In this document: positions 40,618 through 50,503 of the stretch, in pieces | How the letters are laid out: every line of letters begins with the position of its first letter | Numbering within the stretch: position 1 is the first letter of the stretch | Translations under genes and position numbers: made by a program | DNA from: an uncultured Methylomirabilota bacterium | Lineage (GTDB): Bacteria > Methylomirabilota > Methylomirabilia > Methylomirabilales > 2-02-FULL-66-22 | Reading direction: 5' to 3' | DNA: 64,000 nt | NCBI GenBank assembly: GCA_963845565.1 | Contig: CAWJSJ010000005.1 | Coordinates: forward strand, 416,001-480,000 | Notes under the pieces: generated by a model | Databases searched by the model: none | Seen by the model: only the letters and a program-made list of their open reading frames with translations | What the model was told of the DNA's origin: nothing

Positions 40618-40646
40618 TTGACTGGGTCCGGACGCCTTGTTAGTGT
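40618..40646 (+). promoter_or_regulatory. Putative sigma70 promoter of the TRAP operon
   Basis: TTGACT-N17-TAGTGT with an extended TG. Confidence 0.5.
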
Positions 40647-40706
40647 CCGCCCGTTTCCCTTGGAGTCGTGCAGGCCATGCCGTTTCCCACTTTCGAGGAG
40701 GGTCTC

Positions 40707-41720
40707 ATGAACAGAAGAACAGTTCTCTGGGCGCTCGTGATCGCGGCCGTTGCGGTGTTTCCGCTCTTCGCGGGAGGAGTGCGAGACGCCGACGCGGGGC
40801 AGCAGACCATCAAGCTGATCGGACACACCATGCTGCCGAAGGAACACGTCTACTTCCGAACGGTCCAGAAGTTCGCCGACCTCACCAGCCAGTACTACAA
40901 GGGCCCCATCAAGCTCGAGTGGGACCTTCACCATTCCGGCGACATCGGTACGGAGAAGGATGCCATCGAGTACATGCTGCAGGGCGTGGCCATCGACTTC
41001 TCCATCATCTCGCCGGCGTGGATCGCGAACTGGGACAAGACCGCGACCTTCATGGACGCCCCCTTCATCTTCAAGAGCGTCGACCACTGGAACAAGAGCC
41101 TGGAAGCCGGCGTGTTCGAGCCGATCCAGAAGACAATGATCCAGAAGGGAGTCCGGTTCATCGGCTACGGCGGCGGCGGTGTCCGGCATCTGATCCTGCG
41201 GAAGGAGGTCAAGACGATCGACGATTTCCCGAAGATTCAGATGCGCGTGCAGGGATCCCCGCTGCATCAGAAGGTGTTTTCGGCTACGGGGCTGAAGGCC
41301 ACGCCGATGGACTACATGGAGGTCTACAACGCCATCAAGACGGGCGTCCTGGACGGCCTCGAGAACGAGCCGGCCGGTCTGAAGAGCATGAAGTTCTACG
41401 AGGTCGCCCCCTACTACGTGCTGACCAACCACCAGATCACGACCCGGATCCTGGCCATCAGCGAGAAAAAGTTCCAGTCCTTCCCCAAGGATCTGCAGGA
41501 CGCCGTGTTGAAGGCCGCCAAGGAGGCCTCCGCCTACCACCGGAAGACCGAGGTGGAAGAGGGTGAGGGCCTGATCAAGGAAATGCAGCAGAAGAACGGC
41601 CTGAAGGTGGTCCCCTTCGACAACACCGAGATGCGCAAGCGCGCCATGCCGGTGGTCGAGCAGTTCGCCAAGGAAAACAACGCCGCCGACATGCTGGCCA
41701 AGCTCGACGCCATCAAGTAA
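40707..41720 (+). CDS. dctP: TRAP transporter substrate-binding protein
   Basis: Signal peptide, MRVQ (conserved Arg), EVYNAIKTGVLDGLEN, FYEV. Confidence 0.93.
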   Translation: MNRRTVLWALVIAAVAVFPLFAGGVRDADAGQQTIKLIGHTMLPKEHVYFRTVQKFADLTSQYYKGPIKLEWDLHHSGDIGTEKDAIEYMLQGVAIDFSIISPAWIANWDKTATFMDAPFIFKSVDHWNKSLEAGVFEPIQKTMIQKGVRFIGYGGGGVRHLILRKEVKTIDDFPKIQMRVQGSPLHQKVFSATGLKATPMDYMEVYNAIKTGVLDGLENEPAGLKSMKFYEVAPYYVLTNHQITTRILAISEKKFQSFPKDLQDAVLKAAKEASAYHRKTEVEEGEGLIKEMQQKNGLKVVPFDNTEMRKRAMPVVEQFAKENNAADMLAKLDAIK

Positions 41721-41731
41721 ATCATGTGCCT

Positions 41732-41764
41732 CCCAGTGGGTGGAGGGTCCCTCCACCCACTGGG
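41732..41764 (+). other. Perfect 16-bp palindrome between dctP and dctQ
   Basis: CCCAGTGGGTGGAGGG-T-CCCTCCACCCACTGGG, with no strong U-tract. Confidence 0.8.
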
Positions 41765-41802
41765 TTCGCCTTCATCCTTCCGCCCGACGCGAGGAAGTCT
41801 CG

Positions 41803-42303
41803 ATGCTGGTGAAGCTGTGTGACGCCGTCTCGCGGTGCCTCTACTACGCCCTCGTCGCCATGGGGCTGATCCTGATCGTCTCGGTCGCGCTGCTCGTGGC
41901 CGCCCGCTACCTGCCGTTCGTTCCGCGCTGGCTCTGGCCGCTGGAGATCGCCAACTGGGCCATGATCTGGATGGTCTTCTTCGGGGCCAGCCTCGCCGTC
42001 CGGGAGAACAAGCACTTCAACGTGGATCTGTTCATGGGGAAGACCCCGCCGCGTTCCGTCCAGGTCTTCCTCAAGCTCGTGTACTATGTGTTCGTCGGAT
42101 TCGTCACGCTCACCTTCGTCTTCTTCGGCTACGGCTTTGTCATGAAGTGGGCCATGATCCAGACCTCGGAAGTCCTGATGGTCAACATGGCGTATCTCTA
42201 CGTCTCGGTGCCGGTGGCCGGTCTCCTCTGGCTGTTGTTTCTCATCGAGGACGTTTATAAGGAGTTCTTCATGCCGAAGCCGCAGGCCGAGGAGGCCCGC
42301 TGA
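41803..42303 (+). CDS. dctQ: TRAP small permease
   Basis: W..EI...MIW..FFGA...H..VD; four TM helices. Confidence 0.88.
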   Translation: MLVKLCDAVSRCLYYALVAMGLILIVSVALLVAARYLPFVPRWLWPLEIANWAMIWMVFFGASLAVRENKHFNVDLFMGKTPPRSVQVFLKLVYYVFVGFVTLTFVFFGYGFVMKWAMIQTSEVLMVNMAYLYVSVPVAGLLWLLFLIEDVYKEFFMPKPQAEEAR

Positions 42304-43607
42304 TGCTCGATTCCGCGACCGTCTTCTGGGTGATGTTCGGCACGCTCGTCGTCCTCATCGCGCTGCGGGTGCCGATCTCCTTCGCGCTGGCCTTCGCCGT
42401 GGTCCCCATCCTCATCCTGACCCCGCAGGTCACGCCCATCATGCTGCTCCACCGCATGATGATCCAGTACGGCTCCTTCATCTTGCTGGCGATTCCCTTC
42501 TTCGTCCTGGCCGCCAACCTCATGAACTGGGCGGGCATCACCAACATGCTCCTCCGGCTGGCGCAGGCCATGGTCGGCCACCTGCCCGGCGGCCTGGGCC
42601 ACGTCAACGTCGTGACCAGCATGATCTTCGCCGGCATCTCGGGCTCCTCGAACGCGGACGCGGCGGGCGAGGGCTCCATCATCATCCCGGCCATGCGAAA
42701 GGCGGGGTACGACGTCAATTTCACCGTGGCGGTGACCGCGTGCTCGGCGGTCATGGGGGTCATCATCCCACCGAGCATCATCATGGTGGTCTGGGGCGGG
42801 GTGATGAACGTCTCCGTCTCCGGCCTCTTCCTGGCTGGGATCGTTCCTGGCGTCCTGATCGGGCTCTTCCAGATGGGCCTGACCTACTACTATGCGGTCA
42901 CGCGGCATTATCCGAAGGCGTCGGAGTTTTCCCTTCGGAATCTCGGCCAAGCCGCCAAGGAAGCGATCCTCGCCATCCTGACCCCCGTCATCATCGTGGG
43001 CGGCGTGGTGTTCGGCATCGTGACGCCGACCGAGGCGGCCCTGATCGCGGTACTCTACGCCATGGTTCTGGGGTTCCTGGTGTACCGCACCCTCACCGTC
43101 AAGGGCTTCATCCAGCTCCTCTACGAGACGATGATGCTGTCCTCGGTCGTACTGTTCTGCGTGGGCTGCGCGGCCATCTATGCCTGGGTGCTGGCCTTCT
43201 ATAAGATCCCCCAGTACCTGGTGAAGGTCTTGGGCGCCATGACGACGGATCCCACGGTGATGATGCTCCTCATCGTGGTCGTATTCCTCATCGTCGGCTG
43301 CTTCATCGACGCCGTGCCGGCGATCATCATCTTCGCCCCGATCCTCAAGCCGGTGGCGGAGAGCGTGGGGATCCACCCCATGCACTTCGCGATCGTGGGC
43401 TGCATCACCCTGGCCTACGGCCTGATCACGCCCCCCTACGGCCTGTGCCTCCTGATCTCGTGTCAGATCGCGGGCATCAATGTGGTCCAACCGCTCAAGG
43501 AGGTGGGCGCCTTCCTGGCAGCCATGCTGGTGGTCCTTCTTCTGGCCATCTTCTTCCCGGTGGTCTCGCTGGGGATTCCAAAACTCCTCATGCCGAATAT
43601 CTTCTGA
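42303..43607 (+). CDS. dctM: TRAP large permease
   Basis: LAIPFF, GGLGHV, SGSS.AD, IIPPS, TPTEAA, TPPYG. Confidence 0.95.
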   Translation: MLDSATVFWVMFGTLVVLIALRVPISFALAFAVVPILILTPQVTPIMLLHRMMIQYGSFILLAIPFFVLAANLMNWAGITNMLLRLAQAMVGHLPGGLGHVNVVTSMIFAGISGSSNADAAGEGSIIIPAMRKAGYDVNFTVAVTACSAVMGVIIPPSIIMVVWGGVMNVSVSGLFLAGIVPGVLIGLFQMGLTYYYAVTRHYPKASEFSLRNLGQAAKEAILAILTPVIIVGGVVFGIVTPTEAALIAVLYAMVLGFLVYRTLTVKGFIQLLYETMMLSSVVLFCVGCAAIYAWVLAFYKIPQYLVKVLGAMTTDPTVMMLLIVVVFLIVGCFIDAVPAIIIFAPILKPVAESVGIHPMHFAIVGCITLAYGLITPPYGLCLLISCQIAGINVVQPLKEVGAFLAAMLVVLLLAIFFPVVSLGIPKLLMPNIF

Positions 43608-43702
43608 GGGGGACGCCAGGAGAGGGAAGGATCGTCGGCAGGGCAGAGGGCGTGATACCGAGCGGCGGCGCTTGGGGCTGGCCGTGTACGGTTTTTCGGA
43701 TC

Positions 43703-44320
43703 CTAGCGAGGCCGGGCGGCCCGCAGTGCCCGCCACGCGATCAGCACCAGCGTGACGCATGCGACCATGATCAGCGCCACGTGCTCCACCTGCCCGACCG
43801 TCCGCTCGGCCCGCGTCAGGTAATCGCCCAGCCCGTACCCGATGGCGTATCCCGCGGCCACTGCCCCAGGGACGTAGAGGGATGCGCCCAGCACGTTGGC
43901 GACGATGAAAGGAACGGGACGCAGTCCCGTGATCCCGGCCACCGGGCCGGCGAGAAAGCGCAGCCCGGGGAGGAACCGTGCGACAAAAACGGCCATCGAG
44001 CCGTACCGCGTGACGAACTGTTGGGTTACGTCCAGGCGCTCGGGCGTGACGAGGATCCAGTGGCCGTACCTTTCGATGGCCCGCCGCCCGAACTCACGCC
44101 CCATCCAGTATCCCAGGTTGTCGCCCAGTACCGCGCTGAATATCCCCACGCCGAGGACGATCGGGAGGCGGAGTTGTCCGTCCCAGACCAGGTACCCGGC
44201 CAGGATGAGGATCGTCTCTTCCGGGATGGGAAGGCCCATGTTCCCCAGGATCACCACGGCGAATATGGCGAGGTAGCCCCAGTGCTGAAGGAGCAGGTTC
44301 GGGTCGGACACCGTGTTCAT
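43703..44320 (-). CDS. dedA: DedA family membrane protein
   Basis: GLPIPEE, GD.LGY..GR, ARFLPGLR. Confidence 0.9.
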   Translation of the reverse strand: MNTVSDPNLLLQHWGYLAIFAVVILGNMGLPIPEETILILAGYLVWDGQLRLPIVLGVGIFSAVLGDNLGYWMGREFGRRAIERYGHWILVTPERLDVTQQFVTRYGSMAVFVARFLPGLRFLAGPVAGITGLRPVPFIVANVLGASLYVPGAVAAGYAIGYGLGDYLTRAERTVGQVEHVALIMVACVTLVLIAWRALRAARPR

Positions 44321-44444
44321 CCTCTAAAAAAGCAACGCGTCAAAGACAGACCTGCGGCAGTCTAGCAAAGACCTGGCGGTTGCACAACGTGTGGTGCCAG
44401 GAGGCGCCTTGGTGGGCCGTGAGACCTCACCAGCATTTAGGGAT

Positions 44445-44473
44445 TTGACGGGCCGCGAAACGGGTGCTATTTT
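44445..44473 (+). promoter_or_regulatory. Putative sigma70 promoter
   Basis: TTGACG-N17-TATTTT with an extended TG. Confidence 0.45.
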
Positions 44474-44516
44474 TCACCCATCAAGGCGATCTCTCAGGAG
44501 GCCTAAGGAGACGGGG

Positions 44517-45440
44517 GTGCCGTTGAGGCTGTTTGGTGCCGGAAGCACTCGGGTTCGACCCTGTCCGGCCTGCGAACGCAAGATCAAGGCCGACGCGACC
44601 TTCTGTCCCGCTTGCTATATGGTCTTCCGCCCCGAAGGCGCCGCCGACCTGCGTGAATTCTTGCAGGGTGCCCGGATTCCCGCCGATGTGTATCTTCTCA
44701 GAAAGATGCACTCCGACGACCCGAACGCGGGTCCGGTAACGCGCGTCGCGCCGCCGCCCGTGACGGCGGAGAACTCGCTGGCTCCCGTGGCCCTTCCTCC
44801 TGATGTTCCGACGGAGGTGGCCACACCGGAGATCGAGATTCCGAGCGTTCCACCCTCCCAGCCCATCCCGGAGGCCCTGCTGCAGGAACAGCCGGCGCCC
44901 GCTGAGCAGAAACCCGCCTCCCCGCACGGGGGAAATGGCCGATTTCGATCGAGGCCGAAGAGCGGAATCGAAGGACTCCTCACCTTTACGACCCCGCTTC
45001 CACCCGCGGCCCGCTCCATCGAGGATGTGCCGGCGCTTTTCGCCTGGCTACTGGACCGGGACCCGTTGATCCCCAACCATCTGGGTCGTCTTCAGGCGAT
45101 CCACACCGAGGTCTTTCGAGGTAAGCCGGCGGAGCGCCTGGGGTACGTGGAGCACATCCAGCTTCAGGTCGCCGACGATCTCTCGTTGCACACGACGGAG
45201 GAGGCCCTGGGCTTCCACCTGGCGCATCTGGCGACGGCCTACCGGCGGGCAGCGGAGTGGTACCATCAGACCGAGAGCGGCGGCGACCCTGGGGTGAGCA
45301 ATCGGGCCCTCTGGGAGATGGCGAGCGCGGCCAGCCGGATACGCCTGGAGGCCTGGGTCTACCACGCTCGCTACGGCGAGACGCCCCGGCTTCCCGGCAC
45401 CCGCCAGCGCGAACTTCCGCTGAAGTTTCCCGGAAAATAG
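44517..45440 (+). CDS. Hypothetical protein with an N-terminal zinc ribbon, Pro-rich linker and helical C-domain
   Basis: CPAC-x9-FCPAC; SD AAGGAG before GTG 44517. Confidence 0.7.
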   Translation: MPLRLFGAGSTRVRPCPACERKIKADATFCPACYMVFRPEGAADLREFLQGARIPADVYLLRKMHSDDPNAGPVTRVAPPPVTAENSLAPVALPPDVPTEVATPEIEIPSVPPSQPIPEALLQEQPAPAEQKPASPHGGNGRFRSRPKSGIEGLLTFTTPLPPAARSIEDVPALFAWLLDRDPLIPNHLGRLQAIHTEVFRGKPAERLGYVEHIQLQVADDLSLHTTEEALGFHLAHLATAYRRAAEWYHQTESGGDPGVSNRALWEMASAASRIRLEAWVYHARYGETPRLPGTRQRELPLKFPGK

Positions 45441-45586
45441 ACCGGACGGGGGATCTGAATACAAAAGGACGCTCCTTCGGGGCCGGGACGCGTCGCCTCG
45501 GCGGGCCATTGTGTATTCGGCGACCGCGCTGTCTCCCCCTTCGACCGGGATTGCGGCGTCGCGCAACCAGCGCAACGAGGGAAGGT

Positions 45587-46387
45587 ATGGTGAAGATCGG
45601 TATTGTCGGATGTGGGACGATCGGCACGGGGATTGCGAGGGCCGTCGAATCCGGGCGCATCCCCGCGGTCTTGTCCGGTCTCAACAACCGGACGCGGGCG
45701 AAGGCGGATGCGCTGGCGCGGACCCTTTCCCCGTCGCCGCCCGTGCTGGATCTTCCCGATCTGGTGCGGGCGTCCACCCTGGTGGTCGAGGCGGCCACGC
45801 GCGAGTCGTTGGCGGAGATCGTTCCGATGTGCCTCCGGGAAGGCAAGGACGTCTTCGTCATCAGCGTCGGGGGACTCCTGGATCATCCGGAGTGGTTCTG
45901 CGAGGCAGAAGACCGAGGGTGCACCATCCTGCTGCCGTCAGGTGCCATTGCGGGGTTGGACGGGGTACGGGGCGCAGCGGTCGGTCGTATCGATTCCGTC
46001 ACCTTGACCACGCGCAAGCCGCCGCGCGGGCTCATCGGGGCGCCATACCTCGTGGAGCACAACATCGACGTGAATGCCCTGACGGTGGAGACGCTCGTGT
46101 TCGAAGGAACGGCGCGCGAGGCGTGCCGAGGTTTCCCGTCGAACGTCAACGTGTCGGCGGCGCTGAGTCTGGCGGGCGTCGGCCCAGACAAGACCCACGT
46201 CCGCATCCTCGCCGTCCCGGGCGGAAGGTTCAACCAGCACCGGATCGAGGTGAAAGGGGAGTTCGGGTGCCTAGCGGTGGAGATCGAGAATGTGCCATCG
46301 GCAACCAATCCCCGAACCGGACTCCTGTCGATTTTTTCCTCCATCGCGATGCTGGCAGAGTACGCCCGCACGCGGAGGAGAGACTGA
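45587..46387 (+). CDS. nadX: L-aspartate dehydrogenase (NAD biosynthesis)
   Basis: GCGTIG, VVEAA, PSGAIAGLD, TRKPP, FEG.AREA..FP.NVNV, NPRT. Confidence 0.9.
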   Translation: MVKIGIVGCGTIGTGIARAVESGRIPAVLSGLNNRTRAKADALARTLSPSPPVLDLPDLVRASTLVVEAATRESLAEIVPMCLREGKDVFVISVGGLLDHPEWFCEAEDRGCTILLPSGAIAGLDGVRGAAVGRIDSVTLTTRKPPRGLIGAPYLVEHNIDVNALTVETLVFEGTAREACRGFPSNVNVSAALSLAGVGPDKTHVRILAVPGGRFNQHRIEVKGEFGCLAVEIENVPSATNPRTGLLSIFSSIAMLAEYARTRRRD

Positions 46388-46390
46388 GGT

Positions 46391-46477
46391 AACCACAGAT
46401 TTCGCAGATTACGCAGATGTCCCGGCGAAGAGCCCCGGCAGCCTATCTGAACTGTGAAATCTGTGTGATCTGCGGTT
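46391..46477. repeat. REP-like palindrome built from 9-nt (RCAGAT-core) units, family C
   Basis: Left arm AACCACAGATTTCGCAGATTACGCAGAT; right arm AAATCTGTGTGATCTGCGGTT. Confidence 0.8.
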
Positions 46478-46499
46478 GCGTTATCCTCGGGAGGTGGAG

Positions 46500-47291
46500 A
46501 TGGACAAGACGGTGTTTCTGACGGACATGACCTGGCCCGAGGTGAAGGCGCGGCTGCCCAAGGTTCGGCTGGCCATCCTGCCGACCGGCTCCATGGAGCA
46601 GCACGGACCGCACCTGACTTTCGAGACGGACATTGCCATCGCCACGGAGTTGGCGCGCCGCCTGGCCCTGCAGCACTATCCGCACGTCGTCGTGGCGCCA
46701 CCGCTTCCCGTGGGGATGTCCAATCATCACATGAAGTTCCCGGGAACCATCACCTGGCGATACGATACCTTTATGGCCTGCCTGGAGGATACGATCCTCG
46801 CGCTCGCCGAGCACGGGATAGAGCGGTTCCTGATTCTGAACGGCCACGGGGGAAACCGTGCGGCCATCTCGGTGCTCTCGACGCAGCTTCGCTACGAGGA
46901 TAACCTGATGGTGTCGGCGTGCACCTGGTTCGAGTTGGTGCGGGAGGCGTGCCAGAAGTTCATCCCGAAACGGCGCGTTCACGCGGACGAGATTGAGGCA
47001 GCCATGGGGTTGTACCTGGCGCCGCGCATCGTCCGAAAGGCCTCCCTGACCAAGGGCACGGCCCACCCGGATCCATATCCCTTCACCGATCCGGGTACGG
47101 GCGGCGGTTTCGAGGTGCCATATCGGTGGGAGGAATTAACGCCAAACGGCGCGTACGGAGACGCCCGCCGCGCGACGGTCGCCATGGGAAAGGAATTGAC
47201 CGACGCGTTTCTCACACGCGCCGGCGAGTTCATTGAGTCGTTCATTGCCAAGAAAACCCGGCAGGGGAAGAAAAGCAAGATCGCAAGGTAA
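46500..47291 (+). CDS. Creatininase/amidohydrolase family protein
   Basis: PTGSMEQHGPHL...TD, HH..FPGT, NGHGGN, HADEIE. Confidence 0.92.
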   Translation: MDKTVFLTDMTWPEVKARLPKVRLAILPTGSMEQHGPHLTFETDIAIATELARRLALQHYPHVVVAPPLPVGMSNHHMKFPGTITWRYDTFMACLEDTILALAEHGIERFLILNGHGGNRAAISVLSTQLRYEDNLMVSACTWFELVREACQKFIPKRRVHADEIEAAMGLYLAPRIVRKASLTKGTAHPDPYPFTDPGTGGGFEVPYRWEELTPNGAYGDARRATVAMGKELTDAFLTRAGEFIESFIAKKTRQGKKSKIAR

Positions 47292-47330
47292 TCAAGGTCT
47301 CCCGGGGCGCGGTCGTGTTTTCACTCCGAA

Positions 47331-47359
47331 AATCTGTGTAATCTGCGAAATCTGTGGTT
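47331..47359. repeat. Family C right arm
   Basis: ATCTGTGTAATCTGCGAAATCTGTGGTT, a 27/28 match to the reverse complement of 46391-46418. Confidence 0.8.
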
Positions 47360-47381
47360 TGGAGCCTTTGGAGGAGGGAAC

Positions 47382-48323
47382 ATGGAACAGGCAGAACGTG
47401 ACAGATTGCTGGCAATGGTGCGGTCCACGCCGGACCGGCTGAAGGCGGTCCTGGCGGGCGTTCCACGGAAACTCGTGATGTGGCGACCCGCTCCAGGGAA
47501 GTGGTCCGTCCACGAGATCGTGTGTCACATGCGGGACGCCGAGCGGCTGGGATATCTCCATCGCTACACGGAGATCGTGACCAAGGACAACCCGACGTTT
47601 CCCGACGTGGACGGGGACGCGCTGGCTCTGGAGGGGCAGTACCGGCGCGCGAATCTCCGGGACGTTCTACGCGACTGGCGCGCGGCACGCAAGGCGTGCC
47701 TGGCGGTTCTGAGGAAGGTCAAGGCGAACCAGTGGACGCGGACCGGCACGCACGCAACGGCCGGGCCGATGTCGCTGGAGACGGTTCTGCAACGGCAGGC
47801 GCTCGGGAACGACGAGGCGCACCTCGCGCAGATCGAGAATATCAAGACGCGCTGGGAGCTACTGGCAAAGCTCCAGGAGACACCGAAGGCCCTGGCGGCG
47901 CTCGTCCGCGGCGTCTCGGATGATCTGCTCCGGCGGAAGCCCGCGCCCGAAAAATGGTCCATACTGGAGATCGCCTGCCACCTGCGGGACGTGGAAGCGT
48001 TCTTTGTAGAGCGATACGGGAAGCTGGCGAACCACGACCGGCCACAGCTTCGAGGGATCAAGCAGGACGAGCTGGCGGTGAAGCTTCGCTACAACGAGGA
48101 CGATCCGGCATTGGTCCTCAAGGAGTTTCAGGCCCTCCGGGTGGAAGCGGTCGCCATCGTCGGCGCGCTGGCGCACCAAGCCTGGCAACGGGTGGGCATG
48201 CATCCAACGCGAGGCGAGGTCAGCTTCGCCTGGTCCGTCGAACACCAGGTCGAGCACGACGCCAACCATCTGGACCAGATCCGAGGTCTGCGGGAGCGCT
48301 TCGTCGGGCCGACGCCTCGGTGA
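47382..48323 (+). CDS. Tandem DinB/YfiT-like domain protein
   Basis: Two repeats of P...KWS..EI..H.RD.E...H...H..QI. Confidence 0.88.
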   Translation: MEQAERDRLLAMVRSTPDRLKAVLAGVPRKLVMWRPAPGKWSVHEIVCHMRDAERLGYLHRYTEIVTKDNPTFPDVDGDALALEGQYRRANLRDVLRDWRAARKACLAVLRKVKANQWTRTGTHATAGPMSLETVLQRQALGNDEAHLAQIENIKTRWELLAKLQETPKALAALVRGVSDDLLRRKPAPEKWSILEIACHLRDVEAFFVERYGKLANHDRPQLRGIKQDELAVKLRYNEDDPALVLKEFQALRVEAVAIVGALAHQAWQRVGMHPTRGEVSFAWSVEHQVEHDANHLDQIRGLRERFVGPTPR

Positions 48324-48358
48324 TTTCTCTCCCTACTCAGGATATCTCCGCCAGCCAG

Positions 48359-49150
48359 TCAGGCGACGAAGCGGAGCGACATCCTTCCGAAGAGACCGAA
48401 GTCTGCCTCGACTGTATCGCCGGGAGCGACCGCCAGCGGCACCATGCAGGTGCCGGTGGTCACCACCTGCCCCGCCGCAAGCGTGACGCCCTGCTGCGAC
48501 AGTTCATTGGCGATCCAGGTCAGCGCGATGCGCGGATCGCCGAGCACATTCGCCCCGGATCCCTCGCGGTGCAGCTTGCCGGCGACAGTGCCGATTACAC
48601 GATGCGCGGCGAGGTCCATCGTCTGCCAGTCCGCCCGCACCTCCGGGCCAAGCACCCATTGGTGCGCGCACGCATTGTCCGCGATGAGTTGTGCCGCGCC
48701 GACCTCGGCAAAGTCGTTGAAGCGCGAATCCGGCACCTCGACCGCTACGTGCAGCGCTCCCACCGCATCCAGCACCTCTTGGGCGGTGTAGGGCGCCGTC
48801 CGTGACGGCAACGCGCGAGCCATGCGGAAGGCAAATTCCGGCTCGGCCACGCGCATGAGATTGGCGCCGAGTGAGATCGTGGCGCCGTCCGGCAGCACCT
48901 GCTCGGCCAGCAGTCGCCCCGCCAGCGGGCCGTCCACGCGGATGTGCCGCTGGCCAGCGGCGCTGGTGGCGGCGATCTTCCAGCCGACCAGCGGCCGTGC
49001 GCTGCGTCGCTCCAGCAGCGCCTGGATGGCGTAGCCCTCGGCGCGTGTGCCAGGCCGGATGTCCTCCGGAAGCGCCGGCACGCGCCGGCCCTCGCGCCAG
49101 CACTGCCAGATCAGATCGGACGCGGCCCGGATCTCCGCCTGGTTCAGCAT
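48359..49150 (-). CDS. 2-keto-4-pentenoate hydratase-like (FAH superfamily)
   Basis: YAIQ, GWKIAATS, EPEFAF, EVPDSR, ADNA, G.VVTTG. Confidence 0.88.
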   Translation of the reverse strand: MLNQAEIRAASDLIWQCWREGRRVPALPEDIRPGTRAEGYAIQALLERRSARPLVGWKIAATSAAGQRHIRVDGPLAGRLLAEQVLPDGATISLGANLMRVAEPEFAFRMARALPSRTAPYTAQEVLDAVGALHVAVEVPDSRFNDFAEVGAAQLIADNACAHQWVLGPEVRADWQTMDLAAHRVIGTVAGKLHREGSGANVLGDPRIALTWIANELSQQGVTLAAGQVVTTGTCMVPLAVAPGDTVEADFGLFGRMSLRFVA

Positions 49151-49332
49151 TGTCGTTCCTCCGACCTCATCGTGTCTGCCTCAGAACCTATGATGGCCCG
49201 GACGCGGTCCAGGAGCGTGGAGTCGAGATCCTGACATAGGGGATGGCCTTCAGGTATGCCGACGGGATGCCCATAACCGAGGACCAGGAGTGCAGTCCGT
49301 TGTGGCGCTTGGGGTACACCTGCCGAGTGTTC

Positions 49333-50256
49333 CTACACGGCGCGACGAGCGATGAGGCCGTTCAACTTCTCGAAGAAGTCGTCCACCCGGATGGGTTTGA
49401 GCAGGAACAGATCCACGCCCGCCTGTTCCGCGTACGCCAGGTGATCCTCGTTCCGGAGGTTGGTGAGCGTCACGACGGAGATGTGGGCGAGGGCCGGGTC
49501 ACTCCGGACCGCTTTACAGAGGGCGATCCCGTCCATCCCGGGGACGAGGACGTCGGTGATGATGATATCCGGCGACCAGACCTTCGCCAGCCGTAGGGCG
49601 TCATTCCCTTCCCGCGCCGTGACGACGTAGTGACCTGCCTCCGTCAAGAGGTCGAGGAGGTACAGGCGGAAGTCCTCGGTGTTCTCCACCACGAGGATCC
49701 GCCGCCGGAGCGACTCGGGTGCACTGGGGACCCGGGCGGCCTTGGCCGGCTCCTGTGCCTCGCGCCGCGCCGCGCGAACGCTTCCGCAGTTCGGGCAGCG
49801 CATGCGGAGCGTCTCCTGGTGGACGTCCCGGACCCGGCCCTCGGCCCCGCATTCCTCGCACCGGAAGCTCAGCAACGTCGGGAGGACGGTGGCGGCCGCC
49901 TTCGACGATTTCTGAATGGCGTCAAAGAGGGCGGAGGCCTCGAAGGGTTTTCGTAAGAACTCGGCCGCGCCCACGGCGCGGGCCACCCGGGCGTCCGCCT
50001 CACTGGTGTAGGCGCCGGTCATGAGGATGATGGGGACCTTGGGGCGCAGGCTCCGGAATGCTTCGCAAGCCGCATAACCGGACAGCCCGCCGGGCAGGTT
50101 TACGTCCAGGAGGATGAGATCAACGGTCTGATGCCGCAGAAGGTCTAGGCCGTCCTGGGCGGTCGAGGCCACGAGGCTGTGGTGTCGCTCGGTAGCCAAG
50201 AGTCCGCAGATCGTGCGGGCAACATCCGAGTCATCTTCGACGACAAGCAGACGCAT
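49333..50256 (-). CDS. Response regulator with two receiver domains joined by a zinc ribbon
   Basis: REC1 (VVEDD, LLDV.LP, KP); CEEC-x17-CPNC; REC2 (ITDV..PGMDG, KP). Confidence 0.85.
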   Translation of the reverse strand: MRLLVVEDDSDVARTICGLLATERHHSLVASTAQDGLDLLRHQTVDLILLDVNLPGGLSGYAACEAFRSLRPKVPIILMTGAYTSEADARVARAVGAAEFLRKPFEASALFDAIQKSSKAAATVLPTLLSFRCEECGAEGRVRDVHQETLRMRCPNCGSVRAARREAQEPAKAARVPSAPESLRRRILVVENTEDFRLYLLDLLTEAGHYVVTAREGNDALRLAKVWSPDIIITDVLVPGMDGIALCKAVRSDPALAHISVVTLTNLRNEDHLAYAEQAGVDLFLLKPIRVDDFFEKLNGLIARRAV

Positions 50257-50503
50257 GCCGACCCCCTTCGCCAGTGGCGGCCACTGAGTATACGATAGCG
50301 TCTCGCTTGTCAAGGCCTTCCTCTGGGTTGACGGTGCCGGCAATGCTCGGCGGTATGCGGCGGGCCACACACTCCGTGGGTGCCGACAGGGTAAAGGTCG
50401 TTCTTGCGCCGCCCGGCTGCCTTCGGTATGATCGCGCAACGTTTCAGGCCGCGACTGAGGTGCGGCATTCCTCACGGGAACATGCAGGGAGGATCACGCG
50501 GCC

